Positions 28,317-39,177 are shown, numbered from the stretch's first letter. The stretch: 64,000 nt of DNA from Methanobrevibacter sp. (GCF_045220775.1 NZ_JBGUWC010000078.1:12120-76119); one strand, 5' to 3'. Notes: a model not told the origin generated them from the letters alone. Made by a program: numbers and translations.

Positions 28317-29009
28317 ATGTCAGATGAGATAATAGAGACAAAAGAACAGTTGGAACTTGAAGCCGAAATCAAATCCCAAGCTCAAAAATTCCTGAAATAC
28401 CTTAATTCAACACTTCCGGAAAGTATGGAACTGGAATATGAAGGATTTTACAGAAGAGGGTTTTTCGTAAGCAAAAAGAGGTATGCCGTAATCGAAGACG
28501 GCGAAATCATAGCAAAAGGATTAGAATTGGTAAGAAGGGACTGGGCTCCAATCGTTAAAAACACCCAAAAATCCGTTTTGATGGCAATACTGAAAGAAGG
28601 AAATTCTGACAAGGCCATCAGTGAAGTCAAAAAGGTTTTGAAAAAAATAAAAAACGGCGAAGTCGACAAAAAGGAAATGATTATCCATACCCAAATCACC
28701 AAACCTCTCGACCAATACAAACAGGTCGGACCTCATGTCATAGCTGCAAGGAGAATAGAGGAACATGGCATTAAAGTTACACGCGGAACCATCATCCAGT
28801 ATATAATCGTTAAAGGAAAAGGATCCATTAGTGAACGCGCCGTTCCTTACGATTATAGTGAAGGATATACCTATGACAAGGACTATTATATCCATAATCA
28901 GCTGATTCCTGCAATCGAAAGAATCATGTATTCATTCGGATACACAAAAAAAGATTTAGAAGACATGGCTCGTGGTGAAGTCCAGCAAAGTTTGGATGCG
29001 TTCTTCTAA
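28317..29009 (+). CDS. polB: family-B DNA polymerase, separately encoded small C-terminal (thumb) subunit
   Basis: EGFYRRGFFVSKKRYAVIEDGEIIAKGLELVRRDWAPIVKN is the K..Y / thumb region of PolB. The ORF has its own ATG with non-coding AT-rich DNA upstream. 230 aa. Confidence 0.8.
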   Translation: MSDEIIETKEQLELEAEIKSQAQKFLKYLNSTLPESMELEYEGFYRRGFFVSKKRYAVIEDGEIIAKGLELVRRDWAPIVKNTQKSVLMAILKEGNSDKAISEVKKVLKKIKNGEVDKKEMIIHTQITKPLDQYKQVGPHVIAARRIEEHGIKVTRGTIIQYIIVKGKGSISERAVPYDYSEGYTYDKDYYIHNQLIPAIERIMYSFGYTKKDLEDMARGEVQQSLDAFF

Positions 29010-29047
29010 AAAAGCTTAAATATTTTTAAGGTTATAATAAAAACCAT

Positions 29048-29743
29048 ATGATTCAAAATGATGATGACCGTGTTGTCTTTTTTGATATAGATGGCACACT
29101 ACTGGATACTTCAGATTTTGCTGAAACTGCAAGAAAAGCAGCTATTGGATTAATGGTAGATAATGGTCTGCCACTTGATAAAGATGAAGCATATGGTGTT
29201 TTAAAAACAATTATCCGTGAAAAAGGATCCAATTATAGTAAACACTTTAATGTTTTAACACAAGTTGTCTTAGGTCATGAAGATCCAATGCTTGTAGCGC
29301 TTGGAATGATTACCTACCACAATGTTAAGATGGCACTTTTAAGGCCATATCCAAAAACAATTGATACCTTAATTTATCTCAAAAGCCAAGGATACCGCCT
29401 TGCTGTAATTTCAAATGGTATTACAATTAAACAATGGGAAAAGCTTGTCAGGCTCAATGTACACTCTTTCTTTGATGCAGTCATAACATCAGAAGAGGTC
29501 GGCAAAGAAAAGCCACAGAAACTGATTTATGATGTTGCGCTCAGAAAAATGAAAGGAAACCCTGAAAGGTCCGTCATGATCGGAAACAAGTTCAAGGCAG
29601 ATGCATTGGGTGCGGTCAATGCTGGAATGAGTGCAATTCTCGTCAACTCCGATGTTACCGAAGAGGACAGGGAATACATCAAAGAAGAAAAACTAGATAT
29701 TACAATAATTGAAGATATTGGTGATGTCGTAACTATCTTATAA
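29048..29743 (+). CDS. HAD-superfamily hydrolase (subfamily IA)
   Basis: Motif I FFDIDGTLLDT, motif II VISNG, and motif III/IV K...GNKFKADALGA. Confidence 0.8.
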   Translation: MIQNDDDRVVFFDIDGTLLDTSDFAETARKAAIGLMVDNGLPLDKDEAYGVLKTIIREKGSNYSKHFNVLTQVVLGHEDPMLVALGMITYHNVKMALLRPYPKTIDTLIYLKSQGYRLAVISNGITIKQWEKLVRLNVHSFFDAVITSEEVGKEKPQKLIYDVALRKMKGNPERSVMIGNKFKADALGAVNAGMSAILVNSDVTEEDREYIKEEKLDITIIEDIGDVVTIL

Positions 29744-29763
29744 TCACCAAATTTACTATTTTT

Positions 29764-30537
29764 TTAAAATTCAAGCTCTAGGGTTACTGGACAGTGGTCT
29801 GAGCCGTATATTTCTGATAATATTTCAGCTGATTTTACATTACTCGCCATTTCCTCATTGACATAGAAATAGTCGAGTCTCCACCCTGCATTCCTTTCGC
29901 GTGCGCGGGTTCTGTAGCTCCACCAGGTAAAGTTGTTTTCGCCTTCGTCAAACATTCTGAAAGTGTCTACAAAGCCAGCCTCTTCTAGCTGGTCCAGCCA
30001 TGCGCGTTCTTCAGGCAGATACCCTGATTTTCCTTCACAGTTTTTAGGATTGTAAACATCAATCGGATTGTGGGCAATGTTATAATCCCCAGTAATTACT
30101 AGATTTTTTCCCTGATTTTTGAGCTCAACAAGTTGCTCCAGCAAAGCGTCACAGAAGGCGACCTTGAAGTCAAGCCTTTTGGCTTCCATGCCGCTGTTCG
30201 GGAAGTAGATGTTGTATAAGATAAAGTCGGGATATTCGATTCTCAAAACCCTGCCTTCGCTGTCGAGTTCCTCTACGCCAAGCCCCCTTACGACTTCTAC
30301 AGGCTCCATTTTCGAGAATGTTCCGACACCGCTGTATCCTTTCTTTTCAGCTTCATTGAAATGTGAATGAAAACCTTCCACATTAGCCAATTTCTTTGGA
30401 ATCTTGTCATGGGTTGCCCTTACTTCCTGAAAGTTTATGATGTCCGCATCGGTATTGTCAAACCAGTCCCAAAACTCATCCTTTTTGGTGACTGCCCGGA
30501 TGCCGTTAACATTCCATGAAACCAGCTTGATTGACAT
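29764..30537 (-). CDS. xth: exodeoxyribonuclease III (AP endonuclease)
   Basis: LVSWNVNGIRA, NFQE, GDYNIAHN and SDHCPV motifs. Confidence 0.9.
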   Translation of the reverse strand: MSIKLVSWNVNGIRAVTKKDEFWDWFDNTDADIINFQEVRATHDKIPKKLANVEGFHSHFNEAEKKGYSGVGTFSKMEPVEVVRGLGVEELDSEGRVLRIEYPDFILYNIYFPNSGMEAKRLDFKVAFCDALLEQLVELKNQGKNLVITGDYNIAHNPIDVYNPKNCEGKSGYLPEERAWLDQLEEAGFVDTFRMFDEGENNFTWWSYRTRARERNAGWRLDYFYVNEEMASNVKSAEILSEIYGSDHCPVTLELEF

Positions 30538-32081
30538 TATAATTCGACTCCCCTATCAATAGGCAATTCGCGAAGCCATTTGATGTCGCTTTTGTAGAGC
30601 ATACGGATGTCTTCCACATCATACCTGATCATTGCAAGCCTTTCAATACCTAAACCGAAAGCCAAAGCAGGCTGGTTGATTCCAAGAGGTTTCAATACTT
30701 CTGGCCTAAACATTCCAGCTCCTCCAAGCTCAATCCAGCTTTCCTTTTCTTCCAGATAGATTTCGGTTTCGGTAGACAGATAAGTGTAAGGGAAATATGC
30801 CGGCCTGAATCTTACTTCAAAACCTAATTTCTTATAGAACTCTTTTAATGTACCTAAAAGGTTTTGATAGCTGATTCCTTCATCGCAGACAAGGCCTTCG
30901 ACTTGGTGGAATTCAGGCAAGTGCTTATAGTCAAAGGTTTCTCTTCTGAATACCCTTCCAACAGAAAACATTTTAATTGGAGGTTCATGTTCAAACAGGT
31001 GTTTTGTGGATATTCCGGTAGTGTGGGTCCTTAACACGCTTTGGCGTGCGATGTCTTCACTCCAGTCATATTGCCAGCCGATTGAACCGGTATCCGCACC
31101 GGTTTCATGAGTTTCAGCAGTGAGCTTAACAAGCGCATCATCAGGCAAATCGCAGGTCAATGGATTTTTGAGATAGAATGTATCCTGCATTTCACGGGCT
31201 GCGTGGTCTTGCGGTTGGAAAAGGGAATCGAAATTCCAGAATGCGGATTCAACAAATTCCCCATTGTCTTCTGAAAATCCCATGTTCAAGAAAATCTCTC
31301 TGATTTCATCAATGATGACTCTTAACGGGTGTTTTTTGCCTGCAAAAACCACTGGCGCTTCTGCGGTAATGTCATAAGGACGGTACTGTAGGCTTTTCCA
31401 TTCGCCATCCTTTAATTGTTGGTGTGTTAATTGAGTGGCCTGTTCCTGGATAATAAACCCTTCATTTAAAATAGCTTCACCTTTATCCAATAGTTTAAAA
31501 GAGTGTGAGGTATTCTTTTTAACTTTTAAAATGTTTTTCCTGTCATTGAGCTTTTTGAATCCGTCAAGCAATGCATCATCCAACTTGCCTTTGATGATGT
31601 TTCTGGCTTCGGTCAAGTGATTCAGCAATTCTTCATCGTCACCGATTTTATCACTGGCTTCATCACCGAGGTCTGTTATTTTGACTACTCCCTTATCGAT
31701 TTGAGCCCAGTTCTTACGGCGCAGCCAGCCGATAGCGATGTTTGTCTCTTTCTTGTCAATTCCTGAAGCATCGGCCAGGTCTTTCATAGGCAATTCCTTT
31801 TTCTCGACAAGAACCTCTAGAATCTTACGTTCCGGAAGGCCTTTATCGGCATAGTCCAAACCTGCATCGGTTAGGGAAATGACCTCTTCAACATCCTTTT
31901 CAACTTCAATGATGTCCTTTGAAGCAAGGGATCCTGCTGCACTCATGACCGCCTTAATGTCCATGCCGGTATTTTCGGCAATTTCCTCGGGAGTCGCATT
32001 CGGATTCGCTTCAAGTTCTTTTAAAAGTTTCTTTTCATAAATATGCAATTCATTAATGGTTTTTTTAATATCCTCACTCAT
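30537..32081 (-). CDS. pheS: phenylalanine--tRNA ligase alpha subunit (archaeal type)
   Basis: Class II motifs [28 protein letters not shown] and GLGIERLAM. 514 aa with an N-terminal wHTH-rich extension. Confidence 0.92.
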   Translation of the reverse strand: MSEDIKKTINELHIYEKKLLKELEANPNATPEEIAENTGMDIKAVMSAAGSLASKDIIEVEKDVEEVISLTDAGLDYADKGLPERKILEVLVEKKELPMKDLADASGIDKKETNIAIGWLRRKNWAQIDKGVVKITDLGDEASDKIGDDEELLNHLTEARNIIKGKLDDALLDGFKKLNDRKNILKVKKNTSHSFKLLDKGEAILNEGFIIQEQATQLTHQQLKDGEWKSLQYRPYDITAEAPVVFAGKKHPLRVIIDEIREIFLNMGFSEDNGEFVESAFWNFDSLFQPQDHAAREMQDTFYLKNPLTCDLPDDALVKLTAETHETGADTGSIGWQYDWSEDIARQSVLRTHTTGISTKHLFEHEPPIKMFSVGRVFRRETFDYKHLPEFHQVEGLVCDEGISYQNLLGTLKEFYKKLGFEVRFRPAYFPYTYLSTETEIYLEEKESWIELGGAGMFRPEVLKPLGINQPALAFGLGIERLAMIRYDVEDIRMLYKSDIKWLRELPIDRGVEL

Positions 32082-32178
32082 TTAAACACCAAAAATTAAG
32101 ATTAATAATATGATAATATATGTTTAAAGTGATTTATAAAGATAGTGTAAAATTTAAAAAAAATAGAAAAAAAGACAA

Positions 32179-32502
32179 TTAGAAAATAATTCTATTGCCT
32201 GTCCAATCGATTTCATTGAAAGCGTCAGCCTTCTTTTCATCTTCGAGATATTGTGCCATATCCCTGTATAATTTAACCCTAAAAATATCCGGATAAGCTA
32301 TATATAGCCTGTCGCCATTAGACCTTGATTCCTTCATGTAGGTTTGCTGAAACTCGATGATAGTATCATCTTCCTTGTGGAAATGATGAACCTCATTTGC
32401 ACACAATATCTTGAAGTGCACAAAATCATCTTTCAACAATTCATTTACCAAATCCTCTATCAAAGGAGGGTTCTTTACATCTTTATTATACCTTATTTCC
32501 AT
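32179..32502 (-). CDS. hypothetical protein (107 aa)
   Basis: Intact ORF. No motif recognised. Confidence 0.4.
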   Translation of the reverse strand: MEIRYNKDVKNPPLIEDLVNELLKDDFVHFKILCANEVHHFHKEDDTIIEFQQTYMKESRSNGDRLYIAYPDIFRVKLYRDMAQYLEDEKKADAFNEIDWTGNRIIF

Positions 32503-32536
32503 TTTTTCACCCGTAACAGTTTTCTATATAAGCTTG

Positions 32537-32908
32537 TTAGATTGATTTTTCAATTTCCCTCTTGATTATCTTCACACATTCTTCAGCTTCTGCGTCAAGC
32601 CTGAATGGGTCGTTTGCGCTTACATCATAATTATCCAAAACATCTGCAGCATTGATTGTTTTAAATACTTCTATGCCCTTATTTTCCAAAATGGTGTTAA
32701 CACAGTTGTTGGTGCATCCGTTTATGGCTATTATAGGATATTTTTTAAGAGCATCATTGTTTTTGCCATCGATATCCGCTGAAGTTGATCCCATACAGAT
32801 TGAGATTACATTTTCATGCTCTTTTCTGCAGTCTCCAACGGCAACGCGGGATACCAGTCCGTTTGCGCTCATTCCATTGCAAGGAGCCAATGCTATTTTT
32901 TCCGCCAT
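32537..32908 (-). CDS. putative zinc-binding DGC-domain protein (tentative)
   Basis: Cys pattern APCNG...CMG...INGCTNNC resembles the DGC family. 123 aa. Confidence 0.45.
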   Translation of the reverse strand: MAEKIALAPCNGMSANGLVSRVAVGDCRKEHENVISICMGSTSADIDGKNNDALKKYPIIAINGCTNNCVNTILENKGIEVFKTINAADVLDNYDVSANDPFRLDAEAEECVKIIKREIEKSI

Positions 32909-32917
32909 ATTATCATC

Positions 32918-33796
32918 CTATTCAAAATTTGATTTCAAGTAACTGACAAATATTGAAGCTGCTGTCAAATCGGCTGTTGTTCCGGGATTCAATTTGTTGT
33001 TGAACAAAAAGTCATCGAATTCCTTAAGCCTTTCTGCAAAGTCGGGTTCATCCTTCAAATTAAGCAAGTCCCTGACCATCATGGATACCTTCAGGGCCTC
33101 ATCCGAACCGTACTTTCTTGAGATTAAGGTATCCGGCACTTGAGACAGTATTGTCAAGAATGTCAATATGCAAGCTTCGTTTTGAGTTTTTTCCTGTTTT
33201 AATTCATGATAAGTAGGATAACCTATTTCAAAAACGGCCGGCATGTCACTTGTCATCTCACGGGCCAGCATATCCCATGGAGCTGAAATCTTTAATACGT
33301 CATACATGGTTTGGTTATTATCCCTAAGCTCCTGCTTGGCGCTGTCGCTTGCTACATCATATTCGTCTTGATCGCCCATTCCACCGGCGTCGGCAATGTT
33401 GATTGCATCATACAAGTCACATGCATCGTCAACTGATGTATTTCCCATCACTATCTTAACGTTTTCTCTGATGTCATCGAATGAATCGCTTATGGCAGCC
33501 GCAACGGCAATAGGAGTTATCATCATGACAATTCCAAGGTTGGTGTTGTTATTGATCCACCTGTCGGTTTCGGCAACTGCCTGCAGGATGTATTTTCCCA
33601 ATTTCGGATTTTCAACATCAACATCAGTGCATGCTTCACGAATCGCATCTCCAATTACAATTCCACTTATTATGAAGTCTTCAAAGACCATATCATCATA
33701 GTCACGAGTCCTGTGAACATTTCCCGGTTTCGGATAGCCGCTTACCTCTAAAGCAGAAGCAATTTGAGCTATTTTTGCAATTTCTGATGCATCCAT
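32918..33796 (-). CDS. triphosphoribosyl-dephospho-CoA synthase (CitG/MdcB) family protein
   Basis: GYPKPGNVHR near the N-terminus and NPGTTADLTAASIF near the C-terminus, both CitG-family blocks. Confidence 0.7.
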   Translation of the reverse strand: MDASEIAKIAQIASALEVSGYPKPGNVHRTRDYDDMVFEDFIISGIVIGDAIREACTDVDVENPKLGKYILQAVAETDRWINNNTNLGIVMMITPIAVAAAISDSFDDIRENVKIVMGNTSVDDACDLYDAINIADAGGMGDQDEYDVASDSAKQELRDNNQTMYDVLKISAPWDMLAREMTSDMPAVFEIGYPTYHELKQEKTQNEACILTFLTILSQVPDTLISRKYGSDEALKVSMMVRDLLNLKDEPDFAERLKEFDDFLFNNKLNPGTTADLTAASIFVSYLKSNFE

Positions 33797-34798
33797 TTAT
33801 ATCACATCATTTAAAAGTAAATAGGGTGCAAAGTTAGTGATTATTAAGTCTGCTCCAGCTCTTTTGATTGAAAGCAATGCTTCTGTTATTGCCCTTTCAG
33901 TTAAATATCCTTTATCAATGGCTGCCATTATCATGGAATATTCCCCGCTTACATTATATGCAACCAAAGGCAGCATGAACTCATCCCTGACCATGCGAAC
34001 CACATCCAAATATGGAAGTGCAGGCTTTACCATCAAGAAGTCAGCGCCCTCTATTACGTCAAGCTCGCATTCACGGATTGCTTCTAAGGAATTTCCAGGA
34101 TCCATCTGATATGATTTTCTGTCGCCCAGATGTGGTGATGAGCAGGCGGCTACCCTGAACGGCTCATAGAATGCGGACGCATATTTTGCTGAATAGGACA
34201 TTATCATTACGTTTTCATATCCTTCATCATCCAAAGTCTGTCTGATTGCTCCGACCCTGCCGTCCATCATGTCTGAAGGCGCAACGATGTCTGCACCCGC
34301 TTCAGCATGAGAAAGCGCTACTTTGGCAATGTAAGGCAATGACTCGTCATTCAGTATCTCAATTCCATCATCGGTGTCCTCATTTTCCCTTATCATTCCG
34401 CAATGGCCATGAGAAGTGTACTGGCATAAGCATACGTCGCTTATAACAACAAGATTTGTTTCTTTTTTAAGTCTTCTGATTGCCTTTTGGACAATTCCTG
34501 TTGCTGAATAGTCTGGAGAAGCTATTTCATCTTTCGTATCTTCCTTTGGAATTCCAAATACTATTATTGATTTCAATCCTTTGGCTTCAAGCTGCTTTGC
34601 AAATTCGACTCCGCTGTCAAGGGAGTACCTGAATTCACCCGGAAGGGAGGATATTTCCTCTTTTTCATCCCCCTCCAGCTCTTCCTTGAAGTAAATCGGA
34701 TAAATCAAATCCTCTTTTTCGAGTTTAGTTTCACGCACGATGTTTCTAATCTTTGCATTTTTTCTAAGTCTTCTCATTCTTGTAGTTGGGAATTGCAT
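33797..34798 (-). CDS. hemB: porphobilinogen synthase (delta-aminolevulinate dehydratase)
   Basis: [13 protein letters not shown]-terminus, zinc-site [12 protein letters not shown] and active-site MVKPA. ATG at 34798 is preferred over the GTG at 34807 used by the track. Confidence 0.92.
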   Translation of the reverse strand: MQFPTTRMRRLRKNAKIRNIVRETKLEKEDLIYPIYFKEELEGDEKEEISSLPGEFRYSLDSGVEFAKQLEAKGLKSIIVFGIPKEDTKDEIASPDYSATGIVQKAIRRLKKETNLVVISDVCLCQYTSHGHCGMIRENEDTDDGIEILNDESLPYIAKVALSHAEAGADIVAPSDMMDGRVGAIRQTLDDEGYENVMIMSYSAKYASAFYEPFRVAACSSPHLGDRKSYQMDPGNSLEAIRECELDVIEGADFLMVKPALPYLDVVRMVRDEFMLPLVAYNVSGEYSMIMAAIDKGYLTERAITEALLSIKRAGADLIITNFAPYLLLNDVI

Positions 34799-35039
34799 AA
34801 TAATCACTTGATTTAATATTTCAATTTGAAATTATTTAAAATTGACAGTTATTGATTTGATTATGTGAAATTGATTTAATATAAAAAAATTAGTATAATG
34901 CTGTAAAATTGATTTAAAAAGATAATAATTGTTTATAAATAAATTAGGGAAATATTTGGAAGTTATTTGGAAAAAAATATATATGCTGACTTTTTTAGAT
35001 ATAATAATGCAGACGCCTGTTGAATTTAAAGTGATATAA

Positions 35040-35528
35040 ATGAAAATAAAAAAATTTAACGGATTTGATGAAAAAGGATATCTCCCCTATGGAATATACA
35101 ACATGAGTCTTGAAGAATCTGAAAGCATATTCAGTGAAGATTCTACTAAAAGAAGAGAGATACTCAAAGAATACAAAAAGCATCTATCAGAAATTAAAAA
35201 TACTGGATATTATCTTGACCATTGGATTGATGGTAGTTTTGTTACTGCCAAAGAAAATCCAAGCGATATAGATACATTAACTGAATTTGATGGTGAAAAA
35301 ATCGATGCAAACAATGATAAGCAAAAAATTGATTATTTAATTAATAATTCAAAATCAAAAACCAATGGATTATGTCATTCCTGGAGAGTTTATCGCTATC
35401 CTGCATCTGATGAAAAAAAGTATAAAGCTTATTTAACTGCCAAATTAAGAATACTTATCGAATTATTCAGTAGTGATAAAGATGAAATACCTAAAGGGAT
35501 AGTGCATTTAATTGAGGCAACATCATGA
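35040..35528 (+). CDS. minimal nucleotidyltransferase-fold protein (Pol-beta-type G[GS]-X9-D.D motif), unknown function
   Basis: WIDGSFVTAKENPSDIDTL fits hG[GS]-X9-13-Dh[DE]h. 162 aa. 4-nt ATGA overlap with the next gene. Confidence 0.5.
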   Translation: MKIKKFNGFDEKGYLPYGIYNMSLEESESIFSEDSTKRREILKEYKKHLSEIKNTGYYLDHWIDGSFVTAKENPSDIDTLTEFDGEKIDANNDKQKIDYLINNSKSKTNGLCHSWRVYRYPASDEKKYKAYLTAKLRILIELFSSDKDEIPKGIVHLIEATS

Positions 35529-36175
35529 AATTTGAAACAATTGAAGACTATGACGATTATTTAAATGGAATACTGAAAGATTTAGAGGAGATAGAAGAAT
35601 ATCTCAAGGAGCATCCAGAATCACAGGGTACAAAAGGCAATTATGAAACAATCAAATATGTTTATGACATTTATGAAAACAACAGATTGGAATTTATCAA
35701 AACGCTCAGTGAAATAAATTTAAATTTATATGGAAATGAAATGAATAATCCCCTCTCTTTAAATAACATGTACTCACTAGGGAAAAAATTTAATAATACT
35801 AAAAATTCAACAATGACCCTTTTAGAATCAAATTACATAGCTACAGAAGATTTACTCATTGATAACATTTCAAAGGGATCATACAATATCAAATTTCTAT
35901 TTCCAAATCCAACAGAAGAAGATGTTAAAAGAACCTCACTTAGAAAAAAAGGACTTCTCAAAATATTCGATTTTATAAACTGTGGAGACAACATTGAAAA
36001 ACTAAAAAATGAAGCGGGACCTAATGGCAAAGAAGCATTGAAAAATTATAAGGAATTCATCTATGAACTTATTAAAAACAAAGCAAATTTTACCCTTGAC
36101 ACCGAAAAAGGCACTTTAACAGCCGGATTGACACTCCAACAATGTGAAAATATTTATGAAAATTTAAACATTTAA
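35525..36175 (+). CDS. hypothetical protein (216 aa), partner of the nucleotidyltransferase-like gene
   Basis: Translationally coupled to 35040-35528. Predicted mostly helical from K/E/L/N-rich heptad-like composition. No motif recognised. Confidence 0.45.
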   Translation: MKFETIEDYDDYLNGILKDLEEIEEYLKEHPESQGTKGNYETIKYVYDIYENNRLEFIKTLSEINLNLYGNEMNNPLSLNNMYSLGKKFNNTKNSTMTLLESNYIATEDLLIDNISKGSYNIKFLFPNPTEEDVKRTSLRKKGLLKIFDFINCGDNIEKLKNEAGPNGKEALKNYKEFIYELIKNKANFTLDTEKGTLTAGLTLQQCENIYENLNI

Positions 36176-36223
36176 AAACATTAACATACAAATATTACAC
36201 TAATTATCAAAAAGAGGCCAAAA

Positions 36224-37324
36224 ATGTCAAATTCAATTGGAGAAAAATTCAGAATAACAAGTTTTGGAGCAAGCCACGGAAAAGCCGTTGGAGCCATTGT
36301 TGATGGATGTCCTGCAAATCTTGAATTAAGTGCAGAAGACATTCAAAAGGAACTGGACAAAAGAAAACCAGGAACAAGCAGCGTCACAACTCCCAGAAAG
36401 GAAGCCGATGAAGTTGAAATATTATCCGGAATCTTTGAAGGAAAAACTGACGGAACACCCATCACTGGAGTAATCTACAACAAAAACCAAAAATCAAAAG
36501 ACTATTCCATGTTCAAGAATACTCCACGCCCGTCCCACGGCGATTTCGGATGGATGAGCAAATATGGAAACTACGACTACAATGGCGGTGGCCGTGGAAG
36601 CGGAAGAGTCACTATCGGCCATGTAATCGGTGGCGCAATAGCCAAAAAGCTCCTAAAAACACAGGGCATTGAAATCATTTCCCATGTAACCCAAATCGGG
36701 ACCATTAAAGCAGAGCCTCAGGACTTCAATGCAATCAAGGAAAACATTGAGAAAAATCCAATCAGATGTGCAGACATGAATGCTGCAAAAGAAATGGAAG
36801 AATTGATTTTGGCAAAAAAACAGGAAGGCGATTCAGTCGGCGGAATCGTAGAGACAATAGCTGTCGGCATGCCTGCAGGCCTCGGAGAACCCGTGTTTGA
36901 AAGGCTTGACGGAGACCTTGCAAGAATCCTGATGAACATCGGAGCAGTAAAAGGAGTTGAAATTGGCCTTGGATTCGATGTGGCAAACCGCACAGGCTCT
37001 GAAATCAATGACGAATACCAGATTGAAGATGGTAAAATAACCACAAAAACAAACAATTCTGGTGGAATCGTCGGCGGAATGAGCAATGGAATGCCTATAA
37101 TTTCAAGAATAGCCGTTAAACCTACACCATCCATCTCCAAATGCCAAGATTCGATTGACCTGGAAAAGATGGAAAACAAAAAAATAGAAATTAAAGGCAG
37201 ACATGATCCCTGCATCTGTCCTAGAGTGACAGTCGTAGCCGAATCAAGCACTGCAATTGTCCTTGCAGACCATATGATTCGCTCTGGATTCATCCACCCG
37301 ACTAATTTGGAAAATAATATTTAA
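36224..37324 (+). CDS. aroC: chorismate synthase
   Basis: [31 protein letters not shown] and [10 protein letters not shown] blocks. Confidence 0.92.
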   Translation: MSNSIGEKFRITSFGASHGKAVGAIVDGCPANLELSAEDIQKELDKRKPGTSSVTTPRKEADEVEILSGIFEGKTDGTPITGVIYNKNQKSKDYSMFKNTPRPSHGDFGWMSKYGNYDYNGGGRGSGRVTIGHVIGGAIAKKLLKTQGIEIISHVTQIGTIKAEPQDFNAIKENIEKNPIRCADMNAAKEMEELILAKKQEGDSVGGIVETIAVGMPAGLGEPVFERLDGDLARILMNIGAVKGVEIGLGFDVANRTGSEINDEYQIEDGKITTKTNNSGGIVGGMSNGMPIISRIAVKPTPSISKCQDSIDLEKMENKKIEIKGRHDPCICPRVTVVAESSTAIVLADHMIRSGFIHPTNLENNI

Positions 37325-38244
37325 TCTCTTTTTATAATTGAAAGCTCGTCAAACTCCTTATTTTTAAAGGATGTTTGATATGAGTTTCTTCTGCCGCTGT
37401 TGAACAATGCATGACTGGTACTGTGCATTGATGATTCAACATCCTTAAGTGAAATCAGCCTGAACTTTTTGGGATTGTTGTAATTAACATTGAATGACAA
37501 TCCGTCAAATGCGGCAATGGTTTTTACACCTGTCCTTTTGGAAATCTTTTTGGCTTCAACGACAGGGTTATTTGATATCATCTTAAGGCCCAAATGTGTC
37601 ATTACGGCAACCTTCGGTTTCACCTTTTCGATCAGATCCACGAAGTTGCGGGAACACATGTGCCCCGGAATGGTTCTGTTTCCAGGCCTCAACACGCTGG
37701 CAATCAATATGTCGGCACTTTCGTGTTGGTCAGCAAGCTCTTCGAAATATCCTGTGTCTGAAGTGTATGAAACCTTAAATCCGTTATAATCTATCTGGAA
37801 GCCGACACCTGTAGGGTCGCCATGTTCTGTTTTGGTACCCTTTACCTTAATGCCGTTTACTTCATTGACTTCACCAGGATTTAGAATAACAGTATCGGAT
37901 TTGGATTGATGGTATGATGAGATGCATGGCCCCCATTTTTCAAAACCTTCCAAAACGCTTTTGCTTCCGAATATTGTACCGTATTCCTTGGTCATTCCGC
38001 GTGTGATTGCTTCAATGAGAATTTCAGCATCATTATAATGGTCAGTATGCGCATGAGTGACAAAGACACCACTCAGATTGCGAGGATCGAATCCGAATTG
38101 GTAAGTCCTGATAAGCGCACCTGGACCCGGATCAATATGATAGTTTTTGCCGCCGAGATTATCTATTCTGAACCCGCCGGTCATTCTTCTCTGTGAAATG
38201 GCAGAAAACCTTCCGCCACCACTGCCTAAAAATGTAATCTTCAT
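37321..38244 (-). CDS. MBL-fold metallo-hydrolase
   Basis: HAHTDH motif within a beta-lactamase-like layout. 307 aa. Confidence 0.8.
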   Translation of the reverse strand: MKITFLGSGGGRFSAISQRRMTGGFRIDNLGGKNYHIDPGPGALIRTYQFGFDPRNLSGVFVTHAHTDHYNDAEILIEAITRGMTKEYGTIFGSKSVLEGFEKWGPCISSYHQSKSDTVILNPGEVNEVNGIKVKGTKTEHGDPTGVGFQIDYNGFKVSYTSDTGYFEELADQHESADILIASVLRPGNRTIPGHMCSRNFVDLIEKVKPKVAVMTHLGLKMISNNPVVEAKKISKRTGVKTIAAFDGLSFNVNYNNPKKFRLISLKDVESSMHSTSHALFNSGRRNSYQTSFKNKEFDELSIIKRD

Positions 38245-38256
38245 TTAAATCCCCAA

Positions 38257-39177
38257 TCACAATGAACATAAAATTATATCACATCTAAGAGAGGATTTAT
38301 CTTTTTTAAGGCATAGATTTTCATCTTTAATAACTACTTTGTCTCCAACTTTGATATCTTCGCTTTCTGTAAACATTAAGACATTTTCGCCTGGACCTGC
38401 TAACTGTTTCCAGTTGTCATCCACAGCCTGTGTCTTATCGTTTAACTGAACTTGTATCATGTTACCATCAATTGAAACAACCTTGCCGACATTACCATTA
38501 TCTATGATTTTGTCAGCCATTTCAATTTCCCTGCTTTGTTGCAGTAGTTTTTCTGCTAATTCCTGTCTAAATTTAGTCAAGACCTTAATGTCTTGGTCAA
38601 TTGTCATGTTTAAATGTCTTTGAGCACTTGTATCTGAGAAACTAGGTTGTTGTATCAGTACATCAAACTTGTTGCCAACAGTAGGGGTCTTGGAAGCCAC
38701 TTCAGTCAAAATAGCTTCAAAGACATCTCCCATATATCTCAAGCTTTGGGAGGATTTCCATTCCCTTGAAATCAGATTTTCGGCCAATTCCTTTGCATAT
38801 TTGTTACCGAAAATGATGATTCCTTTGGAACCTGCCTTACGTGACTTGGTATCTGAACCTATCAATTCAACAATTTGATAACCGTTAGTTGTACCATAAA
38901 TCCTTCTTCTTCTTGTTTCAAAAGTTCCTTTGGTGCTTACTTCACCACGAATACAATTTCCAACGACTTTCAGTTTGCTGGCATCATCTGTGATTTTAAT
39001 TGAAATCCCCAGTTCTGCCGCCCTGTTTAAAAAGTCTTCGTCGTTGTCAATGACTCCTTCATATAATTCCTTTTCTAATGTATCCAAATTCTCTTTATCA
39101 CCGAAATATCCTATTTTTCTTTTATCGGCTGCCATTACACATCCTTTTTTTCCAATGTAAGCGATAATTAAGCTCAT
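38257..39177 (-). CDS. conserved archaeal hypothetical protein (possibly DUF2121 family)
   Basis: The N-terminus MSLIIAYIGKKGCVMAADKR recalls an uncharacterised methanogen family. Assignment is from memory only. Confidence 0.4.
   Translation of the reverse strand: MSLIIAYIGKKGCVMAADKRKIGYFGDKENLDTLEKELYEGVIDNDEDFLNRAAELGISIKITDDASKLKVVGNCIRGEVSTKGTFETRRRRIYGTTNGYQIVELIGSDTKSRKAGSKGIIIFGNKYAKELAENLISREWKSSQSLRYMGDVFEAILTEVASKTPTVGNKFDVLIQQPSFSDTSAQRHLNMTIDQDIKVLTKFRQELAEKLLQQSREIEMADKIIDNGNVGKVVSIDGNMIQVQLNDKTQAVDDNWKQLAGPGENVLMFTESEDIKVGDKVVIKDENLCLKKDKSSLRCDIILCSL

Noticed and set aside
28317-29009. PolB C-terminal ORF as a degraded pseudogene fragment
   Set aside because: The ORF is intact with its own start, and its size matches the separately encoded small PolB subunit reported for Methanothermobacter. 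I treat it as a functional split gene pending location of the large subunit.
36718-37293. 191-aa minus-strand ORF inside aroC (and the smaller ORF 36762-36986)
   Set aside because: The plus strand encodes a full-length chorismate synthase with all signature blocks. The antisense ORF has a biased P/S/I composition and no start context.
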